Below, in pieces: positions 52,304 through 63,709 of a DNA stretch of 64,000 nucleotides. The DNA is taken from NCBI RefSeq assembly GCF_009914755.1, contig NC_060936.1, one strand, 5' to 3'. A program made the translations under genes and the position numbers. The notes under the pieces were generated by a model. The model worked only from the letters and a program-made list of their open reading frames with translations. It did not search any database and was not told where the DNA came from. The stretch is from the human T2T-CHM13v2.0 reference genome, Homo sapiens. The number at the start of each line of letters is the position of its first letter. The first letter of the stretch is position 1.

Positions 52304-53140
52304 TGTACTAGTTAGGGCCTAGTAAGGAGAGCAGAAACCCTTCTAGACCAGGCATTTTAAACAGAGAGGATTCTTTTTTTTTTTTTTTTTTTTTTAAGAC
52401 ATCTCGCTCTGTTGCCTAGACTGGGCTGCTGGGCTGGAAAGCAGTGGCGTGATCACAGCTCATTGCAGCCTTGACCTCCTAGGATCAAGTGATCATCCCA
52501 CCTCAGCCTCTTGAGTAGCTGGGACTACAGGAGCGCACCATCACACCCAGCTTTTTTAAAATTTATTTATTTATTTTTATTTTTAGGAGAGATAAGGTCT
52601 CACTCTGTTACCCATGCTGGTCTCCAACTCCTGGAATCAAGCGATCCTCCTGCCTTGACCCCCAAAGGTGCTGGGATTATAGGTGTGAGCCACTGTGCAC
52701 ATTCAACAGAGAGGATTTAATACAGATGATGGAAGAGATGAGTAGCTAAATAAGGGAGGGGAGTCAACCCAGAAAAAACAACATCCTAAAATCACTACCA
52801 TCCCTATGGCTAGAGATACTCAGAGAGGGGAAAAACCATCTGCATGGATCTAGGTCCACTAGGGGAACAGAATGCTGCTTGCACTGGGAGGAAGGGGTTA
52901 TGGAGCCAAGAGCTGCAAGTACTGCTGAAGATGCTGTTGGAGGCAAAGAGAAAAGGGGGATAATACCTGGCTTCTCCCTTCTTCTTGTCTTTTGTCTTTT
53001 GCTAATGCCTCCTATTGGCCAAACTTACCCAGAAACCAGAGCTCATAGGTGCTGAGAAATGTGGCTCATTGTGAAAACGAGCAAATCAAGGGAATGTTGG
53101 GAAATGGATATGAGAGCAGACAAGTAATCAGCCAGCACAT
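52304..53140 (-). mobile_element. Old MLT1/ERVL-type LTR split by an Alu
   Basis: tgtactagttaggg start; atgcctcctattggccaaacttacccagaaaccagag core. Confidence 0.6.
52374..52702 (-). mobile_element. AluJ with TSD aacagagaggatt
   Basis: Poly(T) tail and dimeric body; direct repeats at 52360-52372 and 52705-52717. Confidence 0.95.
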
Positions 53141-54127
53141 TCTAGCACAAATCTGTATTAAGTTATTCCACTGTACCTTTTACTATAGCAGTGAGGTCTA
53201 GAGATACCAGAGGACGCTTTTCAATATTAACTATCTAAGAGAATCTACTTGGTGATAGTTGACAGATGAGGATGTCTCTATTTCCAATTCATCTTTAAAG
53301 CAGAGTGAGGCAGAAGAAATAAAAAGAAATTTGGCTCTGGGGTAGCCTTATTTTTGAGTATTTTAGATCATATAAGGGTGGCTGAATTTGAAGCTCTGAA
53401 CTAAATAGGATGGAGAAGCACAATCCTGGGTCGTTTTTCTTTCTTACTGTTTTCTCCTTCCCTCTCTCCAGGAACAATCACCTCCCACCTCTGTTTCCCT
53501 TTTAGAGATTTGGGTTTGGGAAAGACAGTTCCATATTCATGGGGTGGAGTGATAGCTTCAGCGATAGCACGTGTATAGGGACATTTCTATGATCCCTGTT
53601 ATCCCCTACATGTCCATTTGAAGGGAGAGACCCTACTCAGGGTTCTTTCTGAAGGAGGTTTGCACCTAAGCAGGAACCACTGAATTAAATAAGTGAGGTG
53701 GAGTTAGAAAATTATAGCACAGTTACTCAATTTTTAAATCTCCTCTTAAAAGGAAAACCTCCCTACCAGGCCACATTTCCTACTTTACTTGTAGTTCAAA
53801 GTCAAATTTTACTTTTGATGTACTGCTGCAATTGTCTCAAATCCAATTTACATCTGCTCCTGTTTTTAGTGATTGTTTTATTCTTTTACAAGCCATCTCA
53901 TTCCATCACAGGGCGAAGAAAAGAACATTTAGAAACCAGATGTTGTATTAACTATAACCATTATCCTTTATGGGATCCCAGAGGTTTAATCTCTATCCAT
54001 AAACAGGTGAGGAAGATACCAGCTTTCAGCTGAGCTTTACAGTTAGGATGCTTCACTGAGAAGGGGGCGAAGGCTCTGCCATCCATCTGTCATTATGACT
54101 CGGGGAGGCTCATAATGGATGGGTATA

Positions 54128-54790
54128 GCCCAGCAGTTTCAAACCTATCAGACCCAAAGCTCTCCTTTTTATAACATATATTTTATGATCTACCCTTTAA
54201 TGTCCCTAAGTGAAATTCACAGATAATATCAACATACACAATTTTAACAAAAAGCAAAATGATGCCTGAACTGTACATAAAGTAGAAATAAAAGGAAAAA
54301 AGTTTGTAATAAAATAACATGCATTACAAGATAGAATGCTTAGGCACAACTCTCCTAGAAAACACACGGAAGTGGTCAGATGTTTATACTCGTGGAGAAT
54401 CACGCATGGGACAGCTGCATGTGCGGACTGATGCAGATGTGGAGTGGAAAGATTCAAACAGCACAATTAGCATTGCCACTGATGATGTGATTTTCTAAAA
54501 CAGTGAAAAAGACTTGGTAAAGTTCTACCTTTTCTTAATTTGTATGGTAATTGCATCCCTGAAGAAGTCGGTTTATGTTAAAATTGTGCAAAAACACTTT
54601 GAGTTTATAAAAATTGGAGTTATATTCCGGACTTAGGTGATTATAAACAGGATTATCTCCTACTTGAAATGTCTGGAGACCTGGTCCATACCCAATAAAT
54701 GTCAGAAATGCTCTCCCCAGTCATTGCAACAGTGCCAAATGTCTCCCAAATTATCTAGGACCAGCACCACTCCACCCTTTGGGAATGCTT
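54128..54790. mobile_element. Probable hAT-Charlie-type DNA transposon remnant
   Basis: cagcagtttcaaac start and ...tttgggaatgcttg end resemble Charlie TIRs; AT-rich body; subfamily not identified. Confidence 0.5.
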
Positions 54791-55349
54791 GTGTGGGCTG
54801 TCTAAGACCACTTTGGAGGGCAGGGATATGGGAATGTTTGTCTCATGGAACTCTAGGCTCTAAGTCCACAGTTTTTCTCCAGAAGCCCTGATTCAACCAT
54901 AGCACTTGAGACTACCTCAACTTCAATAAGCTGTCAAGAGAAAAATAGTTGGATTGTTGCCAGAGGTCTTGGTAAGATTCTTTATAATCAGCTTCCAGTT
55001 TCACTTAGGTGGGAATGGTTTATTCCTAGACTGTGTAAGAGCCAATACATAACTTTCTTCATGGAGGTATCCCGAGATTGGCTCTATATCCCTGGGTGTT
55101 ACCTGCATAGCATGAAGTACTATCCAGAACTGACATGCACATGTGGAAGAACGGCAGTGGGGAATGACACATTATTGGATACATTGGTTACCGTGCAGAA
55201 ATGCTTCTTTATCCTGATAATATCATACTCAATAATAGGTCATCACTCAAAGGTGCCATTAGCCATGTGTCTGCCTGTAGCGTGTAAAGCCAATTTTGAA
55301 CAAGAAAGTATCAGTCAGTATTCTGAGCTGTCCTCATGCCTGGATTGGG

Positions 55350-55620
55350 TGTAAGTGGTGGAGTAGTAAAAGCAAGTGTCTTCAGACCCAGATTTGATGT
55401 CCTCAGACCCAGATTCAAGCCTTCTCTGCTGGTCTGTGACCTTCAGTAAACTAAGTAATGTCTTTGAGCCTCCATTTCCTTATCAGTCAGTGTTTACAAT
55501 AGTGCCTGATGCATAGGCTTGTTGGAAGGATGAATGAGATAATATAGGTAAACCACTTGGCATAATGACTGACTCACAGTAAGTGCTCAGTAAATATTAA
55601 CCACCCTTATTGTTGGAGTG
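55350..55620 (+). mobile_element. MIR (near full length)
   Basis: ctgtgaccttcagtaaac...gcctccatttccttatc...cagtaagtgctcagtaaatatt. Confidence 0.85.
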
Positions 55621-57033
55621 GTGGTAATTATCTCCAATAAAGATCTTACAGAAGAAAAAGATGTTCTTTTAAAAAAAGAGGCTGTTATTTGACGTAGATG
55701 ACCTGGAAGGAAGATAGAATTCCTCTTAGGGATAGAATTGGTATTTCCTTTAGGAAAGAACACCTTTTGTACATATTCAGTAACAAAAGGTGAGCCAGCC
55801 CTGCCCCCACCCCCACCACTGGCAAAGCTGGGATGGGGAAAGATTGCCCTGCATAAGAATACAATATAATTTTCTTATAAGTTCTTTCCAAAGGAGGGGA
55901 TAAAGGGTTTGATAGAAAGTGGTTCCTGGGAGAGTTTGCAGAAGAGTGGAAAAGATCTTGCTAAGATGACAGGAGGCACATGAGCCACCAGAAATTCCTT
56001 GGATTCATAGTAATAGTGATGTTTGCCATTGAAATGGAAGGTATTTTCTGTCCTGTGCTTAACTCATCCCCTTTTCATTGTTTACAAAATCTTTAGTGAA
56101 AGGCTGTGGCTAGATCACCCTAGTGTGAATGAAAGGAGAGAGGGATTGTCTGGAGTGGAGCGAGGGGAGAAGTAGTACAGAACACCATGACTATAGGAGG
56201 CAAAATGCTAAGAGCATGAACAAGACATTTGGAGGAAGAAGGGGCCCGCATAATGTTAGTCCCAGGGAGATTCTTGGACATTTTGAGGGAGCAAAGGTAG
56301 GAATGAACGTGAGATGGGACACCAATGGCACGTGAGAAAATATTAAAGAAAACTTTACTATAATTTCCTTAAAACTAAGTACAAAACTTGTGAGACTTTT
56401 TTTATATTTGGGTAACTTTCCAAATAGTTAATGAATTTTTAAAAAATGAAATGAGATGCTTTTAAACGAGGGAGATTACCAATCTTTATACCTTGTACTT
56501 CTATAAATGCTGTTGTGAATTTGATATTCACAGTATCTATTCAGTAAAAAATTGGAACGATTTATTGAAACAAAAACTCAATGCTGAGAGATCACATTCT
56601 TATAAATCTCTTGGTATGGGAATGTATTAGATGCCATTTATATATTATGTGCCTTATTTGATACGTGTGAACCTTCTGGCAATAGAATATTTTCCCAACC
56701 ACTTTGTGTCAGGGATTATAAGTCACTGTTGGGTGACAGTGAGGGGATTTTACGTACAACTGCTTTATTGTTAATGCATATATTGTACAATTCATACATC
56801 TCTTACATAGCTTTTGCAAGTCCTTTGAAACATATTTACTTTTAAATAGAATCTGTAAATTCTATGAGATGTCTTCATTTTTGTGTGTGATTAGTTTTGT
56901 TTTTCTGGGTATGTTTTCATGTTTATTTATTGCAATGACCTTAATAAAAATGGTATATAACAGTAGAATTCTTAAGGAATGACACATTACACCAACATTA
57001 TCCAAAAGAACTAATTAATCAAACATGACTAAT

Positions 57034-57071
57034 TTTAATGTAATTACTAAAGAAAGATATACCATTTTATT
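57034..57071 (-). terminator. IGF1: IGF1 distal polyadenylation signals (AATAAA 57066-57071; ATTAAA 57034-57039)
   Basis: The + strand shows TTTATT and TTTAAT, followed on the minus strand by U/GU-rich sequence. Confidence 0.8.
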
Positions 57072-58060
57072 ATGACACTCTAGCCATACATTTTCAAAAT
57101 ATGCTTATTAAACAGTAAATGTAAGATAATGATTCAATTAGTTACATTTTTAGAAGTCATTAGGATTGATATTCCTCTGCCATAAGTGAATTGAATAATA
57201 ATTTCAAATACAATCAGAATTAATTTAATAAAAAATATGCTTTTCAACTAAGACAGATGTAACGAATGGCCAGTCATTATTTTCTGGTTTCAAAGTAGCA
57301 GGGGAAATTAATTCAGTGTCTGTAAGTTTATTTATCACACTTGGCCTATAAGTGTGATAAAAATACATGAGGCAAAATACATGATGTAATCCCAATTCTC
57401 ATAGTTCATTAACTCTTTTACCAAAAAGATCTGACATGGTATTTGGGGCCTTTATGTAAACTGAATATAAGCTGCGTGATATTTGAAAGGTTTTGATATT
57501 TTGAATAGACATTTTCATGATACACAGACACAGATAAAAGATGTAAGTAGACAGCTTGAGGTTTCAGAGTCCCTCCTGCAGTGTGTTTAGCAGCGGGTAC
57601 AAGATAAATATCCAAACAAAATCAGATTAAGGGATTAACAGAAGTGACTTTGCTATGAGTTGGTGAGTGGGGTCAATGGGTGGCTTGAAAGGGATTTTAG
57701 AGCTCTGTTTTTATTTTTCCTACTTTACATCAGTGCATTTTGGGCAAAATAAAATGAGTAATGTTTACTTTTAGGCCTCAGTAATATAAAAAAAGGCAGA
57801 TTCTAAGGATTGTGGAAGGTCATGTTTTTGAAAGTGAAAGGTAATTCAGCTCCGGTTATTAGGAGAAACTCTGTCTCCATCTTAACTCATATTTCAGTTG
57901 AGCAGTAACATTTGGTTTTGTGTCCTCTCTTTTTTTTTTTTTACTTTAAAAAAGCTTGGATTTTTTTCCCCTTGAAAGACCCCATCAAAGATAGTTGAAG
58001 AATGAGGAGAGAAGGATCATGTTTAAGATCCATGTAATCATACATTAAGAGGGAACACAT

Positions 58061-58401
<341 letters not shown>

Positions 58402-60248
58402 TTAATTCTAGAGTTTCAGCTTGGTCAGCCCTCTATAAAATTCTGAGGCAGATACTAAAATAATAAGGGCTGGGTTGGGATGGGGGCAGAATAAAGACAG
58501 CTTCAAAAATCCCCTGGGCCTCTGTCTTATCTGTGAGAGGTTTCTTTAAAAAACAAAAGCATTGTTCCAGATAGGAATTGGTTATTTAAATTGATATCTT
58601 TATCCTGTACCATATGCACTTAAAGCTTCTGACAGTCTTCTCTCTTTTTTAAATAGAAATTACACAAAAAAGATATCTATGTATCACTTTCTAATACCTA
58701 ACAGGAAGGTCTTATAAAATATTAAAATAGCAATAAGCAAATATGTACTACAGGATTAAACACTAGCATTGAAAACAAAACAAAATCCAAAACCAAGAAT
58801 CAACAACATTTTCCTTTTGTTGTTGCCCCCCTACCAGATCTGGACTTTATGGTCTTTGCAAGGGAGGGGCATAAACTTTCACAATTCTTCTGTTTTAAAA
58901 TAAATGATGCCATTGCATAAATCAGATTTATCTTTTGAAAATATTGGTGGAAAGCCATGTGATTTGAATGGAAAGATTCTTTCTTCTGAGGAGAGCCAAA
59001 CAGGTTCTGCTCTAATAAATTAGCACAATCTTTTAAGATTAAAAATAGCAAAACATTTTAAATAGTCTGATTATAGCTTCAACAAGTCAAACATACATTT
59101 CTATCTAGCCTATAGTTTTAAAGAGTCTATGTGGGTTTAACTTATTATTCCTCATTCTGATATAAAAAAAGAAGAAAAGAACCAAGTCATTTTGAACATT
59201 AAGAAATTCATAAAGACTGTATAAAGTAAAAAAAAAAAAAAAAACAAAAACAAGAAACAAAAAATCTTCACAGATTGTTAGCCATCTCTTTCAACAATTT
59301 CTCATAAATTCTTTCTTTATCAGTAGATAACCCCCATCTCATAAGGAAATACTTTCCAACATTTCCCAAATGAGATCAGTGATTGCTTTTCATGAGAGCT
59401 ACTGCTCTTTGAGATGTCTGGGTGAAGGGAGAATGTCTTCTATAAACCAGTAAATGCCAAAGAATACCCAAGGGGGATTTGGCAGAAGCTATTTTTTGCA
59501 GGTAAATCTATGTATTTTTTCTCTTTGTTCTTATTTTCTCCACTTGCTGAATATCTGTTTTAGAGCAGAGTGCACAAAAATCAATAAGGAACTTACTTAT
59601 CTTTTAAATTCTTCTATTTGCCTATAAGATCTTTTTTCCCGCGTTTATTCTCCATGCTCTTGATCAAGTTCAGAAGATTGGATAATATATTGCTAATTTT
59701 GCTAAGTTTGAGAGCCAACAAAACAATGGAGCCTTCTAACTTTAAAAAATTTCCAACTCCTGCCCCTGCACCCCCAAATTCACAATTTGGTGAACAGTAC
59801 ACTACTTGTGAGTGATAAAAAGTTGAAAGGTGGTGGTGGCTAGATAGACCTAATGCTATTTTATTAAGCCATCTATCTATAGAATTGTTGTTTTTATACT
59901 TTAAAAAAATATGTCTATGCTTTCTTTTTTTTCTTTTTTTCTTTTTTTTTTAGTCAAGTACTTTCTTAAAGAAACAATAGCACCACATTGGCATAGCTGG
60001 CCAAACAATAAATGGGAAAGCAAAATGTGCTACATCTTTTATTCTAAGCCTTCTCCCAAGTGCATAAAATAGTAACAGAAACCCTGGAGCCACAGAGCAT
60101 GAGATGGTTTCATCTACACAAACATTGACGTTCCAAGGAGAGGAAGGATTCTCAAGGGTGGACAGGCTTTTTGTTTGTTTGTTTGTTTTTTAATAAAATT
60201 TTCAAGGAAGTGATTTCTTTTCAGTATTCCATTGGATCCTTAGGGTGA

Positions 60249-60249
<1 letters not shown>

Positions 60250-60288
<39 letters not shown>
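60250..60288. repeat. (TG)~19 microsatellite, read as (CA)n in IGF1 mRNA
   Basis: Read directly. Confidence 0.97.
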
Positions 60289-60289
<1 letters not shown>

Positions 60290-62314
60290 TGTGTATGTAG
60301 GGTGGGTGTTAAGAGATTTTCATATCCCTAGAAGAGTGGATTCTGATGGAGAGCTGCATTAACTTTTTCAGGGGAACTGCCTCATCTTAAAAAGTTCAAA
60401 TAATACTTTAATATTATTTGGGGAAGAGAGAACAGAAATTTGACCTAAGTATCCAGTATGGTCAATTAAATTGGAAATAAGCCTATGAGTTGAAAGCTCA
60501 TTCTTACCAATGTTTACTGTTCTTTTACAAATATCTTGAAATTGCCTCATTCAAGAATTATAAAGCAATCTAATTCTGAAGCAAAGCTTGTAAAGTTTTG
60601 GGTTGTGACATTTTGGTTGCTCCTTTCTATGAAATCTGAGTCATTCTGCTGTAGTATATAGTAATCAACTGACTTCCAGGGTTTGCATCAATTTGTTTTC
60701 TAGTTTTAATTCATTAAAAAATAAAATAGTGAATTGGTATAATGAGTTATTTTCAATTTATTTATAATCCAGTTGGAGAGGATTATGTGTTGGAAAAAGT
60801 TAAGAAAGATAATATGGCAGTGCATCTTTCAGCTTTCCTCCTTGGGGGATTTTTGACTGTGGATAGAATTAAGTGAAGGAAATAAGTCATAGACACTCTT
60901 AGAATTATCACATCTAACTATGACAGAAAACACGTTAAGTCTGCAGAAGACTGCCTATAAAGTTTTGTTGAGAGGGAATAATTTTAAAAGGTACACACTG
61001 GGGACAAGAAATAAAAAGAAGTGCCATCTTGGGAAGAGGAGTCCAGTATCTTATTCCACAGAACCTGTATGTCTGGAAAACAGGCAGAGGGCAAAAATGA
61101 TGTATAGTTTCTTTTACATCTGTCCATAGTGATTAGAACATTGCTAAGCATGCTTGAGGTGCTCAATTCAAATAATGTTGGACTGAGAGTTAAAATACTT
61201 GTTGACTGAACAGGATTGCTGGCTCCACTAAATGGGGCCTTCTTTTTGCATATATTCAGAGATCCAGGGAGTCTTTTTTTTTTTTTTTCCTGGCCTCTGA
61301 TCCTTGAGGTGACCCAGTGGGAGAAAAACTGAAGATGTTATTTTTGTTTTTCATATAGACTTTCCAAGAATGTAAAATATAGAATTTGCATGAAATAATC
61401 AAGCCTGGGTACTTTTAACCAAAAAGTTCTAAGGTGACTAGAAAGATCTGAATGCTGGATAATTCATTGTTCTAATGAGAAAATCTTGATCTGCAGATAG
61501 GGATCATTTTCTAGGCTATGATGGACTAGTACACTAACCAGTGGACTTTCTTGATACCAATTTTCAGTTGAATGGATAAAACACATTCACAGAGAGCTAG
61601 GGGCTACCCTTCTGAGCAGGCATGGGAAATTTCTTGTTGTGATGGAAGTTTTTGCCTTTCAACTGGAAACTCTAGTCAAGCATATTTTAACAAACTTTTA
61701 AAAAAATGTATATACAGCTAAGAATAAGAGTAAAGTTTGTTAAAGAAGATAACTTTGTGACTTTTTATTAGATATTATTTTAATATTTCAAATTTTGGAT
61801 CACTTTCCTTATATTGCCTAGAAAAGAAGGAATCATTGTGTTTTTCAAAATGAATAGAATATTATTTATAGTATTAAACAAGGTTTTACTAGATATGTAG
61901 TAACTGCATAGAAGAGTCAGTGAGTGCTAACAAAGAGTAATTAATTCCCCTTTCACTGGTAGAAATCTCTTTGTTTTTCTCCTTTTTCTTTTCCTTTCTC
62001 TCTTTTCACTTATCTTTGTATTCATAAAACCAAATGCAGAATTCAAAATCAAATTGAAAATCAAATGCTTCCCACATATTTTGAAAAGTGTTTTAAGAGA
62101 TTGAGCTGTTAGCTTTTAACAACTAGTTGGCCAGTTATTTGGATAGCTTCACTGACAAGAACTGAGATGTCAGGAGCATTCAATTCACCAATCTCTAGCT
62201 ATGCTATGAATGGGTTATTTATAGAATTCCTTGCATCTCAGCAACTCAAGCGCCCTGATGTTGCACCCTTACAGCAACCCAGGGTAAAAAAAATCTGAAT
62301 CTTTATCTTTTTAA

Positions 62315-62445
62315 ACCTTATACCACCCCTTTGAGGTAGGTAGATGACATATTGCCCCCATTTTGCAGATGAGGAAACTGAGGCACAGAGAGGTGAAGTG
62401 ACTTGCCCAAGGTCACACAGTGGTGAGTCCATGACACAGCTGGCA
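62315..62445 (-). mobile_element. MIR in IGF1 3'UTR (sense to the mRNA)
   Basis: ccccattttgcagatgaggaaactgaggcacagagaggtgaagtgacttgcccaaggtcacacag, unusually close to the MIR core consensus. Confidence 0.92.
62332..62339 (-). promoter_or_regulatory. let-7/miR-98 8mer site (CTACCTCA) in IGF1 3'UTR
   Basis: + strand tgaggtag; lies at the edge of a MIR element. Confidence 0.7.
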
Positions 62446-62741
62446 GATGTTCATTTCTTCCATGAGAAAAAGAAACCAGGACTGCTAAAATTCCTAGCCT
62501 TCTGCTTTTTCCATTCCACAGTTTCCTCTCTGGACTCGCCAGTCCAATTTGCATCAGTGGACTTTTGTGTCTGAAGTTCCTCTTGGAAGGCATAACTGGG
62601 GGGACTTTGCCTTCTTTCCCAAATGGATGGTGTTTTCAGTACCCTTCCCCTTGTGTCATCTTTGGCTCCAGGCTTCCCCTATTGTTTTGCTTTCACGTAT
62701 TACCGTTTTGGCCAGACTCTTTCATATAACAAACTACAAAA

Positions 62742-62749
62742 TAGCACCA
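62742..62749 (-). promoter_or_regulatory. miR-29 8mer site (TGGTGCTA) in IGF1 3'UTR
   Basis: + strand tagcacca equals miR-29 nt 1-8. Confidence 0.8.
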
Positions 62750-63309
62750 TTATACTAAAAAACAGAGTTTTACATACTGTTTGATATATCCTGTATAATT
62801 GATATGCTAAATTTACATAGTGCTCTATATGGAAAAAATAAAAAGAGGAAAGTTACTAATTAGGTTGCACATTAACTCATCATTTGAAGGAACTCTTTTG
62901 AGTTGAAGAAACTTTCTATGTTTAAAACATATGCCTAAAAATGATTGGCCTCAAAGTTGCAACTATTTGCATTATTCTTTTTTGTAAGCATGATGTGGAA
63001 AAATAAAGCTTTGTGTCTAAAATAAAATGCATCCAACTTATATTTGGTACAAATGCCACAGATGGAATCTTGTGGGTTAGAATTGGTGTGCTTCTTGACG
63101 ACTTGCTGCTGCTTTTGAGGAGGCCAAATTCGGCAAATATAAAGGTTATGAAGGGAGGTGGTGGGTATAGACTAACAAGATTATCAGACACTGTAAAACA
63201 AACAGCCCGAGTTGTGTAGAAAGAAGTGCAAATAAGGAAACAATTCATAAACCACTTAGACAAGGTTGCTGAATGAATGGCTCCAGCAGCCAAGATTCAG
63301 AGAGGAATT

Positions 63310-63317
63310 TAGTGCAA
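63310..63317 (-). promoter_or_regulatory. miR-130/301/454 8mer site (TTGCACTA)
   Basis: + strand tagtgcaa; seed match only. Confidence 0.55.
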
Positions 63318-63370
63318 CTGGATCTATACAACACCCATGCATTTGTGGCTCTTGAGAGGCAGGGACTAAG

Positions 63371-63402
63371 ATATATATATATATATATTTTTTTTTTCTT
63401 TT
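63371..63402. repeat. (AT)n plus T-run; A-rich in IGF1 mRNA
   Basis: atatatatatatatatattttttttttcttttc. Confidence 0.95.
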
Positions 63403-63472
63403 CTATAGAACATTATTGATAAAAGATCAACAGCAATCTACCAACTCCAGGACCATTTTTGCAAGGTGCAAA

Positions 63473-63636
63473 TCACTCCTAAAGACAATGTTGGAATGTT
63501 TACTTGTGTATTTCATTGGGGGAAACGCCCATCTTTTAAATGTTATCAAACTTATTTTTTGGTAGGTGTTCCAAAGTTTAACAGGTAACTCGTGCAGAGC
63601 AAAGGATCCTGCGGTGGCATGTCACTCTTCACTCCT
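63473..63636 (-). promoter_or_regulatory. Two miR-483-3p 8mer sites (AGGAGTGA) at 63473-63480 and 63629-63636
   Basis: + strand tcactcct occurs twice within 180 nt of the stop codon. Confidence 0.65.
63492..63499 (-). promoter_or_regulatory. miR-1/miR-206 8mer site (ACATTCCA) in IGF1 3'UTR
   Basis: + strand tggaatgt; miR-1 regulation of IGF1 is established. Confidence 0.85.
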
Positions 63637-63649
63637 CAGGAGGGTCTTC

Positions 63650-63709
63650 CTACATCCTGTAGTTCTTGTTTCCTGCACTCCCTCTACTTGCGTTCTTCAA
63701 ATGTACTTC
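63650..63709 (-). CDS. IGF1: IGF1 exon 6 coding part: C-terminus of the IGF-1Ea E-peptide (EVHLKNASRGSAGNKNYRM*); upstream exons lie outside the window
   Basis: The minus strand reads polypyrimidine tract ctttttctcctttatttatAG|GAA GTA CAT TTG AAG AAC GCA AGT AGA GGG AGT GCA GGA AAC AAG AAC TAC AGG ATG TAG. The peptide is the recognisable human pro-IGF-1Ea tail with its N-A-S glycosylation sequon. It is too short to appear in the ORF track. Confidence 0.98.
   Translation of the reverse strand, partial: EVHLKNASRGSAGNKNYRM
63684..63709 (-). CDS. IGF1: Alternative frame of IGF1 exon 6 used by IGF-1Ec (MGF): (G)STFEERK*
   Basis: The same acceptor read as (G)GA AGT ACA TTT GAA GAA CGC AAG TAG matches the known Ec peptide end ...RRKGSTFEERK, produced when a short exon 5 segment shifts the frame. 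Confidence 0.93.
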
